NCBI GenBank assembly: GCA_001179505.1
Contig: CDMY01000410.1
Coordinates: 20,734-84,733, forward strand
Length of the DNA: 64,000 nt
DNA from: Vitrella brassicaformis CCMP3155
Taxonomy: Eukaryota; Protista; Chromerida
Direction: 5' to 3'
Below, piece after piece: positions 39,001 to 50,000 of this stretch; position 1 is the stretch's first letter, and every line of letters starts with the position of its first letter. The notes below the pieces were generated by a model. That model was not told where the DNA came from. It was given only the letters and a program-made list of their open reading frames with translations, and did not search any database. The translations under genes were made by a program, and so were the position numbers.

Positions 39001-39287
39001 GCCCCACCCTCCCTCCCTGTCTGATGCTCTGTCGGTCTGTCCGTCGGCGATTCGCTGCCATGCCGTCTATTCTATCACCAGGCGACTTGAGGAGCTGCTG
39101 AGACAGCTGGCCGCTGCGTCCAAGGCCATCGGTGCGCCACACACAGAGCCACTGATGGGTGTCCGCATGTGTGTGGATGGAGTATGTATGTGTGTGTGCA
39201 GGCAACGACGAGATGGAGGCCAAGATGCGGGAGGGCGTTACCAAGCTGAGGAGGGGCATTGTGTTCGCCGCATCGCTGTATTTGTGA
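33042..39287 (+). CDS. MTR4: MTR4/SKIV2L2 DExH-box RNA helicase (nuclear exosome cofactor)
   Basis: [111 protein letters not shown], arch/KOW region, FEGSVIR, C-terminal [11 protein letters not shown]. Confidence 0.97.
34366..34665. other. Assembly gap (300 N) within an MTR4 intron
   Basis: Run of N. Confidence 1.
35648..35721 (+). tRNA. tRNA-Ile (anticodon UAU), intronless, nested in an MTR4 intron
   Basis: Cloverleaf: GCTCCCT/AGGGAGC acceptor stem, GCTC-AGTTGGTTA-GAGC D arm, CGAGT-CTTATGA-GCTCG anticodon arm, GACGG-TTCGAGC-CCGTC T arm; followed by TTTT (Pol III terminator-like). Confidence 0.95.
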
Positions 39288-39710
39288 GCACGACGGGACG
39301 GGATGGGGGCATGGGGGACACACAACACATGGACGGACGGACGGCTGATGAGGGAGGGTGCTGTGCTGGACTCGTTCGATCCGTCCACTGGTTAAATGGG
39401 TATAAAACGTCCTTCCTAGTCACTAGACACACATGCACTTATATAGAAAGGGGCACACATGCACTGCACACCGACTAAACACACACACAGACACAGACAG
39501 CATACAAATAAGACACACACGATCTTTAGATTAGAGGGATGGATGCATTCGGACGACATACATACATACGGTCACCAATAAAGTACACACACGCACACAC
39601 CGTCGAAGCATCTCGCGCATCGCCGCCACGCCATCGGTCAAAATCAGCCCGCCAGGGCGGGCCGTCTGCCTATCTACACAAAAGTAATGAATTGAACGGT
39701 CAGGATGGCC

Positions 39711-41211
39711 TCACCAGACGACCGCATCGATGGCCGGGCACGTCAGCACCAAAAAGGCGCCTGCGCACACAACACATCCCGACACACAATACCCATCCAT
39801 CCATCCGTCATTCCCTCACCTCACCCACCTGTGCGAGGCATGTATCGCAGAACGGCCCTCATGACGCACCTCGCCACTCCCCGGTTGCTTCCCTCATGCC
39901 GATGGGCCACATGCGCATTCACAGGGCTGCCGTCGACGGTGCTTGAGACGGTCGAGATGGAGGGGCTGGCCAACGGCTTGCTGGCCATCGGCACTGCCCG
40001 CGGCGCAGCTGCTGGGATCTGCTGCTGCCTGGGGGCCTTGCGTATCGACTGCGCCACTACCCAAAGCAGCCATATGAAGGCCTGAATGAGATAGATGAGA
40101 GCACAACGCGTGTGTCTGTGTCCGTGTGTGTGAGAGAGAGTGTAGTGTGTATCTCTGCCTGCTTACATCGTCATTTGATGGCGCGTGTGGGTGGTTGCTG
40201 GCAGCGTCGATGCTGACAGTGACGGGCAGCTCACATGACCGGCACTGACCCACCAGCACCAACACGCGCTTCATCCACCACCACCCATTCCCTGGCCCAT
40301 GCCCCACCTCAACCACACTCAAAGCAGCCCTCAGCTGCCGACCCACCAGCCACTTGTCGAACCGGACGACGCCAACCAGGCCATGTGACTCCGTTGCGGC
40401 CACCAGTGGCTCCATGTGGGCATCCCTGACCCAGCTGCCGCACCGGCAGAGTCGACACATGCTGCGGCCGTCCAGCAGAGTGAACAGTCGCCGGATGATG
40501 GATGTGGGCAGCTGGTGAACAGACGCATGGAGGGTGTCGGGACTGGGGGAGCTGCTTGGTAGAGGGGCGCTTGATGGCCTCAGCAGGACGAACCTCGGCA
40601 GCACACCTGCACACAGCACAGCCACACAAAGGCACATGCATGACACACAGACACACACGCCGCCCGTGTGTCAGTCACTGCTGTCACTTACCGAACTCGT
40701 CAAGGATAGAGAAGCATCCCTTCGGGAGGCTTTGCACATCGTGATTACCTGGCAATGATCACATCACATACACACACATGGCATGGCAACAGACATGTGG
40801 TATGTCAGTCATCACAGCAGACAGACATGTGGTGTGGTCAGACACTGAGTACCATCGAAAGGTTCCCACAAGACGGTCCCATTGCGTGCCCCAGAGACGA
40901 CGTACTTGTAGTGAATACGTCCTGCGGCGGGCAGCAGCACCTCGGTGGAATTCCAGACGGGGAAACTGTCGCCATCTGTTGTCAGCACCACTGCTTTGCG
41001 AGTGTCCCAGCTGCCCAGTGCATCGTGACTCCCAACGACGCCAAGCCGGTCACCTGCATGACAGTGGGCAGCGCAGCGTGCCACAGATCCATCACATATA
41101 GATCATCCTGTGTGCAGCCAGCGAGTCTGACAGCTGGGTGAACCAACCGGGTTGCGTGATTGTGCATTTGCACTGAAAGGTCAGCGATGTGGTCCCTGAG
41201 CCACGCACCAT
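39711..41211 (-). CDS. CBM20 (starch/glycogen-binding) domain fused to a divergent F-box-like family domain
   Basis: Exons 41211-41148, 41053-40853 and 40748-40692 splice in frame to LTFQCKCTITQPGDRLGVVGSHDALGSWDTRKAVVL..FPVW..IHYKYVV..VLWEPFDGNHDV (CBM20 pattern); then VHQLPTSIIRRLFTLLDGRSMCRLCRCG (F-box-like) and GLVGVVRFD..CELPVTV, matching the expanded family; probable stop TGA 39713-39711. Confidence 0.75.
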
Positions 41212-41291
41212 GAGGCGGCACCGCCCTCATTCGCGAGCTCAAGCTTGCGACGAGGCAAGGGTAGCGCACAACAACAGCGGCAAAGGCAGCC

Positions 41292-42681
41292 ATGATGAGA
41301 GAGCCGCAGGTGGCTCCTCTTTCTGCAGCCGCTGCGGCAAGTACCGAAGCACCCGGCACTGAGTTGCAGGAGGACAAAGCGGACGAGGCTGAGCAGCAGG
41401 AGGCATGCCAAGATCCCAAGCTCAACACCAACAAGCGGCCGAGGCTGTCTACACCACAGCAGATGCACCCCACATGCGGCAAGATTGCCAGCAACATCGT
41501 CCCTCCCTTCCTCGCCCATCCCTATCATCATGCCCCTGGCGCCCAGGCAGCAGCGTCAGCAGCAGCAGCTGCCGCTGCGGCCTCCATTTTGCCGCCCGAG
41601 ATCTTCGGCATGCATCCCATGGGTGGTCTGGTGAGTGAGGCCGAGAACGTACTGGTCGTGGCTGCTCTGGCCGAGGAGCGGCGGAAGAACCAGCAGCTGA
41701 GGGCCCGCGTGAGAGAGCTGGAGGGGCAAGGTGAACACAGACCATTCACATGACAGGGAGAGGGAATGGGCGGGCCATCTGTGACTTTCGTGTGTCAGTT
41801 GAGGAGCTCAAGCAGCGTCTGCACATGATGATGTCGAGCCGGTCGCGTGACGACCAAGCGATAGAGGAGGCCACCAAGCGGTTCCAGTCGCTGCACTTCT
41901 CGACCGTCCTCTGCGACCTCACAATGAGAGATTGCCCTATGGTGAGGATCGAGGAATGGGTGCAGCACTGCAGTGGACAGCGTGAACATGCACCATGACG
42001 GCCGGTTGTTTGTGTGTCTGCACACAAGGTGGCGGTGAGCAAGGGATTCTGCGAGTTGACGGGCTATGAGCCGTGGCAGCTGATAGGTACACACACTTAA
42101 TACATGGACATCGATCATCCCATGTGCTGTGCGGGGGATTCTGCCTGCAGGGGTCAATTGCCGGCTGCTACAGTGCGACCAGACGTCGACGGAGACGGTA
42201 AGAGAGATCCATGACTACGTCGACCGACTCAAAAACGCCACAACTGTACAGATGCATGAGGACCTCGTGGTGAGTGACAGAGACAGACAGACAGACAGAG
42301 AGAGAGTAGGGAAGGCTTCGATACTGCATATTCTGTTTTTGCGCTTGTGTGCCTATCTGGGTGTGCGCATGTCAGGTGACGATCTTGAATCAGCGTCGCG
42401 ACAAGAGTACCTTCACGAATCTGCTGCACATCTCGCCCATCTTTCTGGGCGGAAAGCTGTACCTCATCGGCGTCCAGTCGGACGTCACCGGCTGCAAAGA
42501 CGACATCGACACGCACAACAAAACCACCAAGACACTCATCAGAGAGGTAACACTGGGGCGCCCAGCGACCTCTCTGCTGATCGATCTATCCATTCATCTG
42601 TTGCTGTGTGCTTTGTGTGTGGTTCAGGTGATCAAGCAACTATTTGAGGCGGGAATTCCTCAGAGTGAGCTCTGCATCTGA
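41292..42681 (+). CDS. Leucine-zipper + LOV (PAS) blue-light photoreceptor
   Basis: Heptad L-x6-L-x6-L (QQLRARVRELEGQVEELKQRL); LOV core STVLCDLTMRDCPMVAVSKGFCELTGYEPWQLIGVNCRLLQ..ILNQRRDKSTFTNLLHISPI..YLIGVQSDVT assembled from six GT-AG exons; stop 42679-42681. Confidence 0.88.
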
Positions 42682-43819
42682 CCTGAAGGCCCGGCGATCG
42701 AACGGACAAGACCTACGTGCGTGTGTGCGGCGTGTCTGTGTGTGTATAATGGCGTGTATGTGTATATTACGGTGGGTGGTCTGTTCTGCAATGCATACTG
42801 AGCACGTGTGGGGGCCCTGCGCTGTGTGCCAGTGGTACTCGCTCGGGGGCCATTTGGGGAATACCATCCGGATCAATGCACACACCATTCATGCATACGT
42901 CCATGTGGGCCGACTGAGCTCTTTTGATTGGCGTGACGTCTAGGGGTGTGTGCACGTCACCTGTCTGCGTGTCCGCGATAGATGGACAGTCGGCCACCCA
43001 CCCACCCACCCACCCACCCACCACACCAGACCACACACCACACCACACCACATCGCATCTGTCTCCTCTCCTTTTTGAAGCACCTACGGAGTCCATCCAT
43101 GTGAGCGTTTTTGGCGAGTGAGTGAGTCGGGAGTGTCGCAGTGTGTCGGTCAGCGAGCAAGAGAGGAGAGGCAGTCCGACTTTGTTGACACAAGCAGCAT
43201 ACACACACAAAAGATAGATTCATCCATATACAGAGGAGGGGAGAGAGTTGCGCGTGCATGTGTGCGTGAATATGGTGCGTGTGAGTACTGTGAGGGCCGG
43301 GAGGGACTTATGACTTGTGGGCGCCCTCGATATTGACGAGTCTGTCGTTTGTGAGGCGTTGTGGCACAAAATGTACGTCCGTACCTACACACACATAGCT
43401 GCTGCAGACTGTGTGTACCTATGGCCGCTATTGTATGGCCGCAGCCATATGGATCGATCGAATGATTGACTGATGGACGATCGAGTGACTCATCCATCCA
43501 TCCATCTCATCCGGCTCGTCCATCCATCCATCGCCCTCCTCTCCTTCACTCACCCCGCATCCATCGCCTTCACTTCCCTCCCCCTCTGCCCCTTAAAATT
43601 TGCCACCTTCATCGCTCGCCCGTCAGCTCATCACGTGTGTCCAGCCCTTGGGCGGTTGGGGAGGGGGAAGAATTTGAAATGAGGCTTGCCAGGAAGAATT
43701 TTGAATGTTTGTCGAGAATTCTCGCCGGGAGACAGGGACGACGTTTGTCATTCAGTGATTTTCTTACCATTTCTCAGCAGATTTGGAGCAGCCTGCGCTG
43801 TTTTTGCCCCTCTTCACCA

Positions 43820-44276
43820 ATGGCAGCCTCCCACAGGCTGCCATCGGCCTCTCTGCCTGACTGGTATCACTCGCGTGTGGGCCCCCGGTGGCCTGTGCAG
43901 TGCGGATGGACAAGGACTAGAGAAACCGCAATGCACCGCGTGGCATGTTGGGCGGCGACCAGAGTCGCATGCACTACGACCGTTATGGAAAGGTCGGCAC
44001 TCATCCACTCATCCACTCACTCACTCACTCACAACCAGCAGCCCATCCCATAATGTGTGTGTGCGTCTGCGTGGCATCATGGATGGATGGATGGATGTGT
44101 GCAGGAGGTCCTCAGTCAGGTGGTGGCGTCCGATGCGGATCTTGGCCCTTCGTCCGCCACGGCCTCCAACCCAGCGACGTCAGCCCCATACCCACCAACT
44201 CATGCGCCCCACGATGGCCGCACAGGTACTCTCCTACAGGCCTCACACACGACACACAGACATGCCCGTCTCTGAA

Positions 44277-44314
<38 letters not shown>

Positions 44315-45092
44315 TGTTTGTTTCTGTGTGTGTGTGATGTTCAGCGGTGCAGTCAAGGCCATCGAGTGGCGGACGCAGCAGGAGGAGCACAACGAGATAC
44401 CGAGCCAGGAACACGAGGTCAGAACGTGACATTCACACATCCACACCACAGCCGTCGGGATCATTCCCGTCTCTTTGTTGGCTGTCTGTCTGTCTGGCTG
44501 GCTGTCTGTCTGGCTGTCTGTCTGGCTGTCTGTCTGTCTGTCTGTCTGTCTGAGAGGCCTCTTGTGCCAGAACGGGGCCAGTCAGCTCATCGCATGCGCG
44601 TCGGGTTTCTTGTGTCTGGAGGGCCAGTCCGCCGCCTCCCCCATCGAGCCGGCTAAGGCGCTGTTGTCGGGCGAAGGACGGCAGGAGCAACTTCCCCCCA
44701 CTGATGCGGTAAGTGAGCGGTTGCGCATGTGTATGTCTCTGTGTCTTGTGTGTGTGTGGTCAGGTTGAGCCGTTGCTGAGTTTGAGGTCGGATGAGTGTC
44801 TTCCCCTCTCGCCGCCACCCACTTGCGATCGCCCCTCTGGTGATGGTGGTGGGGCGTCAGTCGAGCCGCGTGTTGTCAGGGAGGCGGCATACTATGATCG
44901 TCTGAAGGTGCCGACCGACGCGACATACGCACAAATCCGGTGGGTGATGCGACTGTCGGCTGACAGAGACGGCAACGTGATGAATGTCTGTGTGTGTGCG
45001 TGTGTGTGTGCAGGAAGCAGTACTTGAGTTTGGCGCGTGTGTGTCATCCCGACAAGAACCCCAACGACCGGGAAGCCACAGAGACTTTCCAG
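43820..45092 (+). CDS. J-domain (DnaJ) protein with an incomplete J-domain; 3' end runs into a dispersed repeat
   Basis: YYDRLKVPTDATYAQIR|KQYLSLARVCHPDKNPNDREATETFQ contains the HPD motif; the expected following 'L-EAYQVL-D' segment was not found downstream. Confidence 0.6.
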
Positions 45093-45164
45093 TTCAGTGA
45101 GCAATCAGTCAGCCAGTCAGTCAGTTTTCACTCCCACCTGTCCTAACAGATCTGTTAGGAACTG

Positions 45165-45535
45165 ACCTGTGCGTATAACGTGTGGCATTCATAAAATTGG
45201 ACACGCTGTATGTGTATGCACCATCATCCTTGTAGGCTTTCAGCTGACTTGAATTACCACACGACGAGTCGGCTGGGTGTGAGCTGGCCACGGCCACTAG
45301 GATACTGGAGCGGCTTCACGTTGGGGCGTTGTGGTCAATTGCTGCCTACATTTTATATTTGTGGACTCTTTCTTACACCAGCGACGCTCTCAGCCCAGCA
45401 GGATTCTTTCAACGGCGAGTGTGCTACGCGGCCGACGGCATCACGGTGAGCAAGCCCACGTGGCTCTACAGTCCAGCCGTCCATATCTGTGTCTCGCTTT
45501 GCTTCTCTCTCTCTCTCTCTGTGCGCGTCTGCAGA
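45165..45535 (+). repeat. Dispersed repeat, contiguous copy; homologous pieces at about 58690-58820 and 61025-61255
   Basis: Shared blocks attggacacgctgta..atgcaccatcatccttgtaggctttcagctgacttgaattaccacacgac and cacggccact.ggatactggag..ggtcaattgctgcct.cattttatatttgtggactcttt..cagcgacgctctcagcccagcagga. Confidence 0.85.
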
Positions 45536-47043
45536 TGGTCGGCGATCTGGTTGGAGTCTTCGGTGAGCGACAGGCAGCACACGACAGGAAGAAATGGTAC
45601 GCTTGAGATAACCATTATGAAAGATGATGGATCGGTCGGTGAGAAGACACCGCTCATGGTATCTGTCATCGAGCAGGTAGACACCTATGTCTCTCTCTGT
45701 CTATCTATCTATCTCTCTCTCTCTGTCTGTGTCTCTCCTCAGGCCTTTGCCTCTCCCTTCGATTCGAGTCTCTTTGCAGGTTGAGCGCGAGTATGAGACC
45801 CAGAAACAGATAAGCTGACACAGACACAAAAAGGCACATACACACGCACTTCCTCCCTGCAGATGTGTGTGTGTGTCTGTTAGCGTCTTATGGACGTGCC
45901 AGCGTCCGTCTGTCTTTGGCACCTGCAGCCCACATCAGCCACTCCACACGCACCCACGGTACGCAGGTGCTGTCTTGATTGTGTGTGTCTTGATTGTGTG
46001 TGTGTTCAGTCGGGAGAGATGCAAGGTGTGCCGCTCGCTGTGGATGCATGGATGTGAGTGAGAATGGACGTGTTCATGCAACGGACCTTTACATGTGTCT
46101 CAACTTGATTATCATGTGCCTGTCAAGCACAATGCCTGTCAAGCACAATGTCAGCCAAATTGTTGTGTGTGTGTGTGCATTCGATGACTCTTTGTGACAC
46201 TGGGACGATCACGATGCAGTGCAGGTGTAGCTATAGGCGAGGTCGTACGTACACAGTTTATTTATGTGCATGTTGCGTGTGTGCGTTTAATACATATTGA
46301 TATGTGTTCATGTACATACACACATATACGTATACACATATACACATATACGTATGCATGACTCTTTGTGACATCAGGAGGACACATTAAGCTTTCCGGC
46401 TACTTGCTCTTACATTAAGCTTTCCGACTACTTGCGCTACCGAGAGAGAGCGGAGCCACACACACACACGCACGTCAACAGACGCAGAGGCGCACAAGAA
46501 GGTGAGTCCCAAATGCTGATGGGGCGATGCGCGTTGATCAAGTCATATTTCACTCGCCTCCTCGTGCACGTGTGGAGAACGAGACAGACCTATATGTGTG
46601 TGTGTGGACACTCTCTGCCTTGCGTACGCATCATTTCAGTTTATTCCAAGATCTGGAGCATCATACCGAAGTAGCGTCGACACACATGCCCTGTCTGCCT
46701 GGCTGTCTGACTGTCAGCCGCACTTCAACGTCTATCAATCCATTCAAGCTGAATCGATCGCGAGTGTGCGTTGATGGATGCTGCAACCGTTCATCGCAGA
46801 CAACACACGGGGCCGAACAAGACTGTGGGATCAGTTCGGCCCCGTGTGTTGTCTGCGATGAACGGTTGCAGCATCCATCGCTCCCTGTCGATCACACCCT
46901 CCCTCCATCGATACACGCCACACTCCCAGCCATCCACTGACTGACCAACAAACAATCAATCCCTCATTGACCGTCGCCTTATCTGTGAGATGCCCTCACT
47001 CACTCCCTCACTGCTTCTCTTCAACAGCACCTCCCTCCCACCG

Positions 47044-50000
47044 TCACTTCTCATCAACCGGACCGCTGTGAATATCGGGTGCAGTCAGGCTGTCAGGGGC
47101 CTCCTCTAACGAGGCCTCAGGAGAGCCACCACCAGCACCACTTCCCCCTCCCTCAAGTTCGCGGCTCTCGAGGTCGTCTGTCGCCACGTTGGCCATCTCT
47201 TCTCCTGACTGAGGCTGCTGCACCACATTGCCCGCCATTGTGCTGACCTCCGTGTCCTCCTGCGCGTCGGGCTCTCTGCGCATCATCGGCATGATCGTCC
47301 GCGCGTCCGGCGGCGGCACCTGGTGTCGGTCGTCGCTGCTCTCGTGCTTGCTCTTCTTCTTGATCTTCATCTTGAAAGGGTTGAACGACGACACACCCAG
47401 CCCGCCGCCGCCACCGCCCTTGCCGCCCCCACCAAGTATGCCCATCCCGCCGCCCCGCTTGTCCTTCCCAGACCCACTTGAAGGCTTGTGCGCCACGCTC
47501 ACGCGATAGGCCTGTGGGTGTGGGTCGGTCTCCTTGACGAGATTGGCGGCGATGCGGCCAGTCTGTGGGGGCGTGCGGACGTTATGGTGCGTTGACGGGG
47601 CTGAGTCTGGCTTGGGAATGGACACGGGGATGGCGTCAGCAGGGCCTTTGTCGCTGCTGGGGGATGCCATGGGCTGCGCGTCGAGCGATGGGTGGCCCTC
47701 GGGGGGGTCAGGAGTAGGTGGGTGTGTTTGTGAGTGGGTCTTCGGTTTCTCCAGCTCTCGCTTGACGTGCCGCATGGCGTCCTCCACCTTCTGTCTAGTG
47801 ATCTTAAGCGATGCCACACACTCCTGGAAACGAACCAACTGACACACCAAAACAACCAACAAACCACACGTGCATGTGTGTGTGTGTGTGCGTCTTTCCT
47901 CCTCGTCCATCGTGTTGCTCACGTCGATTTCCTGGTAGTGCCTCGCCGAGGAGGACGACAGCAGCTCCATGCACTGGTCGTGGCTGCCTTTCTCCAGAGC
48001 GTCGCTGAAGTAACACAGCAGGCCCAAAGCTGTCTGCACATCCACGCAGGCAGAGACGAAGACACGGATATACCTCCCATGCGGCAGCGTGGCAGCGATT
48101 CGTTCCTCTCGTTTCTCACCTGGTAGAGAATCGTGTCGCCCTCAGCAAGAAAGCTGTCCCACACACGCGCAACTAAAGCGAATGGCAACGACCTGACACC
48201 CATAAAACACACAAGAGGGTGTCCATCCTGGCCGGTTTTCGCTGCCTCTGCGCACCTCCCCACCCACGCACCTTGTGAAGAGGGTGTAGAGCCACTCGAC
48301 GAGAAACATGTCCGAGTTGAGGCCGCACTGGTGCAGCTTCATGGCCACCCACGGCAGCCGCTCCTTCATCAGGTGGTCGAAGGTGCGGAAGTACACGTCC
48401 ACAATCGACATGTCGAACGTGTAGAAGGCGTGCAGAGACCGACGCAGCTGGAGATACACACACATAGACACGCACACACCCAAACACACAGATGGGGTGT
48501 CATGCAGACAGGCGTTCCCCCCTATGCCCTTCCTATACTGACCATGAGGTTGGCGAAGCACACGAAGGCCGAGTACTCGTCCATGTGCAGCAGCAGCATG
48601 GCAGCTAGGTAGGCCATCCCCTGCACGTACCCCAGGTCAGGCCGCCACAGCACATACGTCTCCAGCACCGTCCTCAGGTGCTCGTGCAACACGCCGTCAT
48701 GCGGCACAGCAAAGGGCAGCGGCTGCACGCCGGGATGGCCGGGGTCGCCATATGCCACCCCCACACGCTTTGCCCTCTCGGGCGGCCGCACCTTGTCCCT
48801 CTCCTCATCGCCCCTCGTGTCCATTTCGGTCATCTCGACACCATGCTCACCCACCCGAGCCACGCCCCTGTTGCGCATGCGGCCCCGCCTGCCTCTCGCC
48901 CCCTGCTGCTCTCTCGACTGTGAACTAGCGGCTGGCGATGCGGCCGAGTGGGGTGAGGGGTCGTCAGACGGACTGAGAGAGGAGGGGGAGGCCGAGTCGC
49001 TCTCGTCTTGCTGGACCGTGATGGTCATGGACCCGTCTCCCGCGCCCTGATCGTCGGGCGGTTCAGGGGTGGGTGTGCTGCCTGCCGCCTCAGCTGCATC
49101 GGTGTCTGTCTGTGACTGTTTGCGGAAGACGCCCAGCCGCGGGAGTGTGCGGTTGAGGTCCATGCCGATCATCTCAAAGGACGAGAGGATCTCGCTCTCG
49201 TAGAAGACACAGCTGTGGTCGGGCCGCACGCCGCCCGTCTGGCTCCCCACTGCCGTGGCAGAGGGGTCAGGGACGATCTCGTCCTCTCTGCTGGCCCCTG
49301 CCGCCTCGGCTGCCGCCTCGGTCTCTTCGCTTCTGTCCTCCTCTTGCTGCTGCTGTCTTGATGCCGCGTTGACCGTTTCGTTGATTTTGTCTCGGTATCG
49401 CTTGGATACCTTCATCATGAAGTCGCGGACCTTCTCGACACGCCCCAGGAGGATGCGGTAGAGCGTGGGTGTGATCTGCAGCTTGTTGCCGATGCACTTC
49501 TTCCACACCTCGCCCCGGATCTCCTGCGGGAGGCCCTTGCGGATGAGGGAGGCGAAGAGCTTGGGGTTCTCGTGGCGGTAGGCGTCGAACTCGGGAAGGA
49601 TCTTCTCCACCCACACATCGACCTCCTCCATGGGCCCCATCGTCCTGGGCCGATTCTGACGACAAGCAACAACACCGGCCAAACAGACACTCATGAGAGC
49701 GGGCATCCATTCCATTCGTTCTGTCCTGTCCTGTCTGTTTCCCCCTCTCACGCACCTTTCCTCCTCCTTTGAAGAAAGACTTCCACGAGTGTCCCTGCAT
49801 CATGGCCCGGCCGATGTCAGACGCAGGCATCCCCATGGCAGTCATGGCGCTCGTCCACACAGACGACATGGCCCCCTCATCCTGCCTCTCGCCCTCGGCT
49901 GCCGCAGCCGGGCCATCGGATGCAGGGGGCGGTGAAGGGGATTGGGGGGCCGCCGGTGCCGCCGTGTCGCCGGGAGGGATGGCGATGAGTGGCGAGTCGG

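Noticed and set aside
41292-41730. Calling the LOV protein a true aureochrome/bZIP
   Set aside because: A zipper is present but the invariant basic-region N-x7-R/K motif was not found.
42700-43680. Possible gene between the LOV and DnaJ loci
   Set aside because: Low-complexity intergenic sequence; ORFs lack coding-like composition or motifs.
45141-45535. Calling the dispersed repeat a defined Helitron or MITE
   Set aside because: No terminal inverted repeats, target-site duplication, convincing TC...CTRR ends or transposase seen; kept only as an unclassified repeat.
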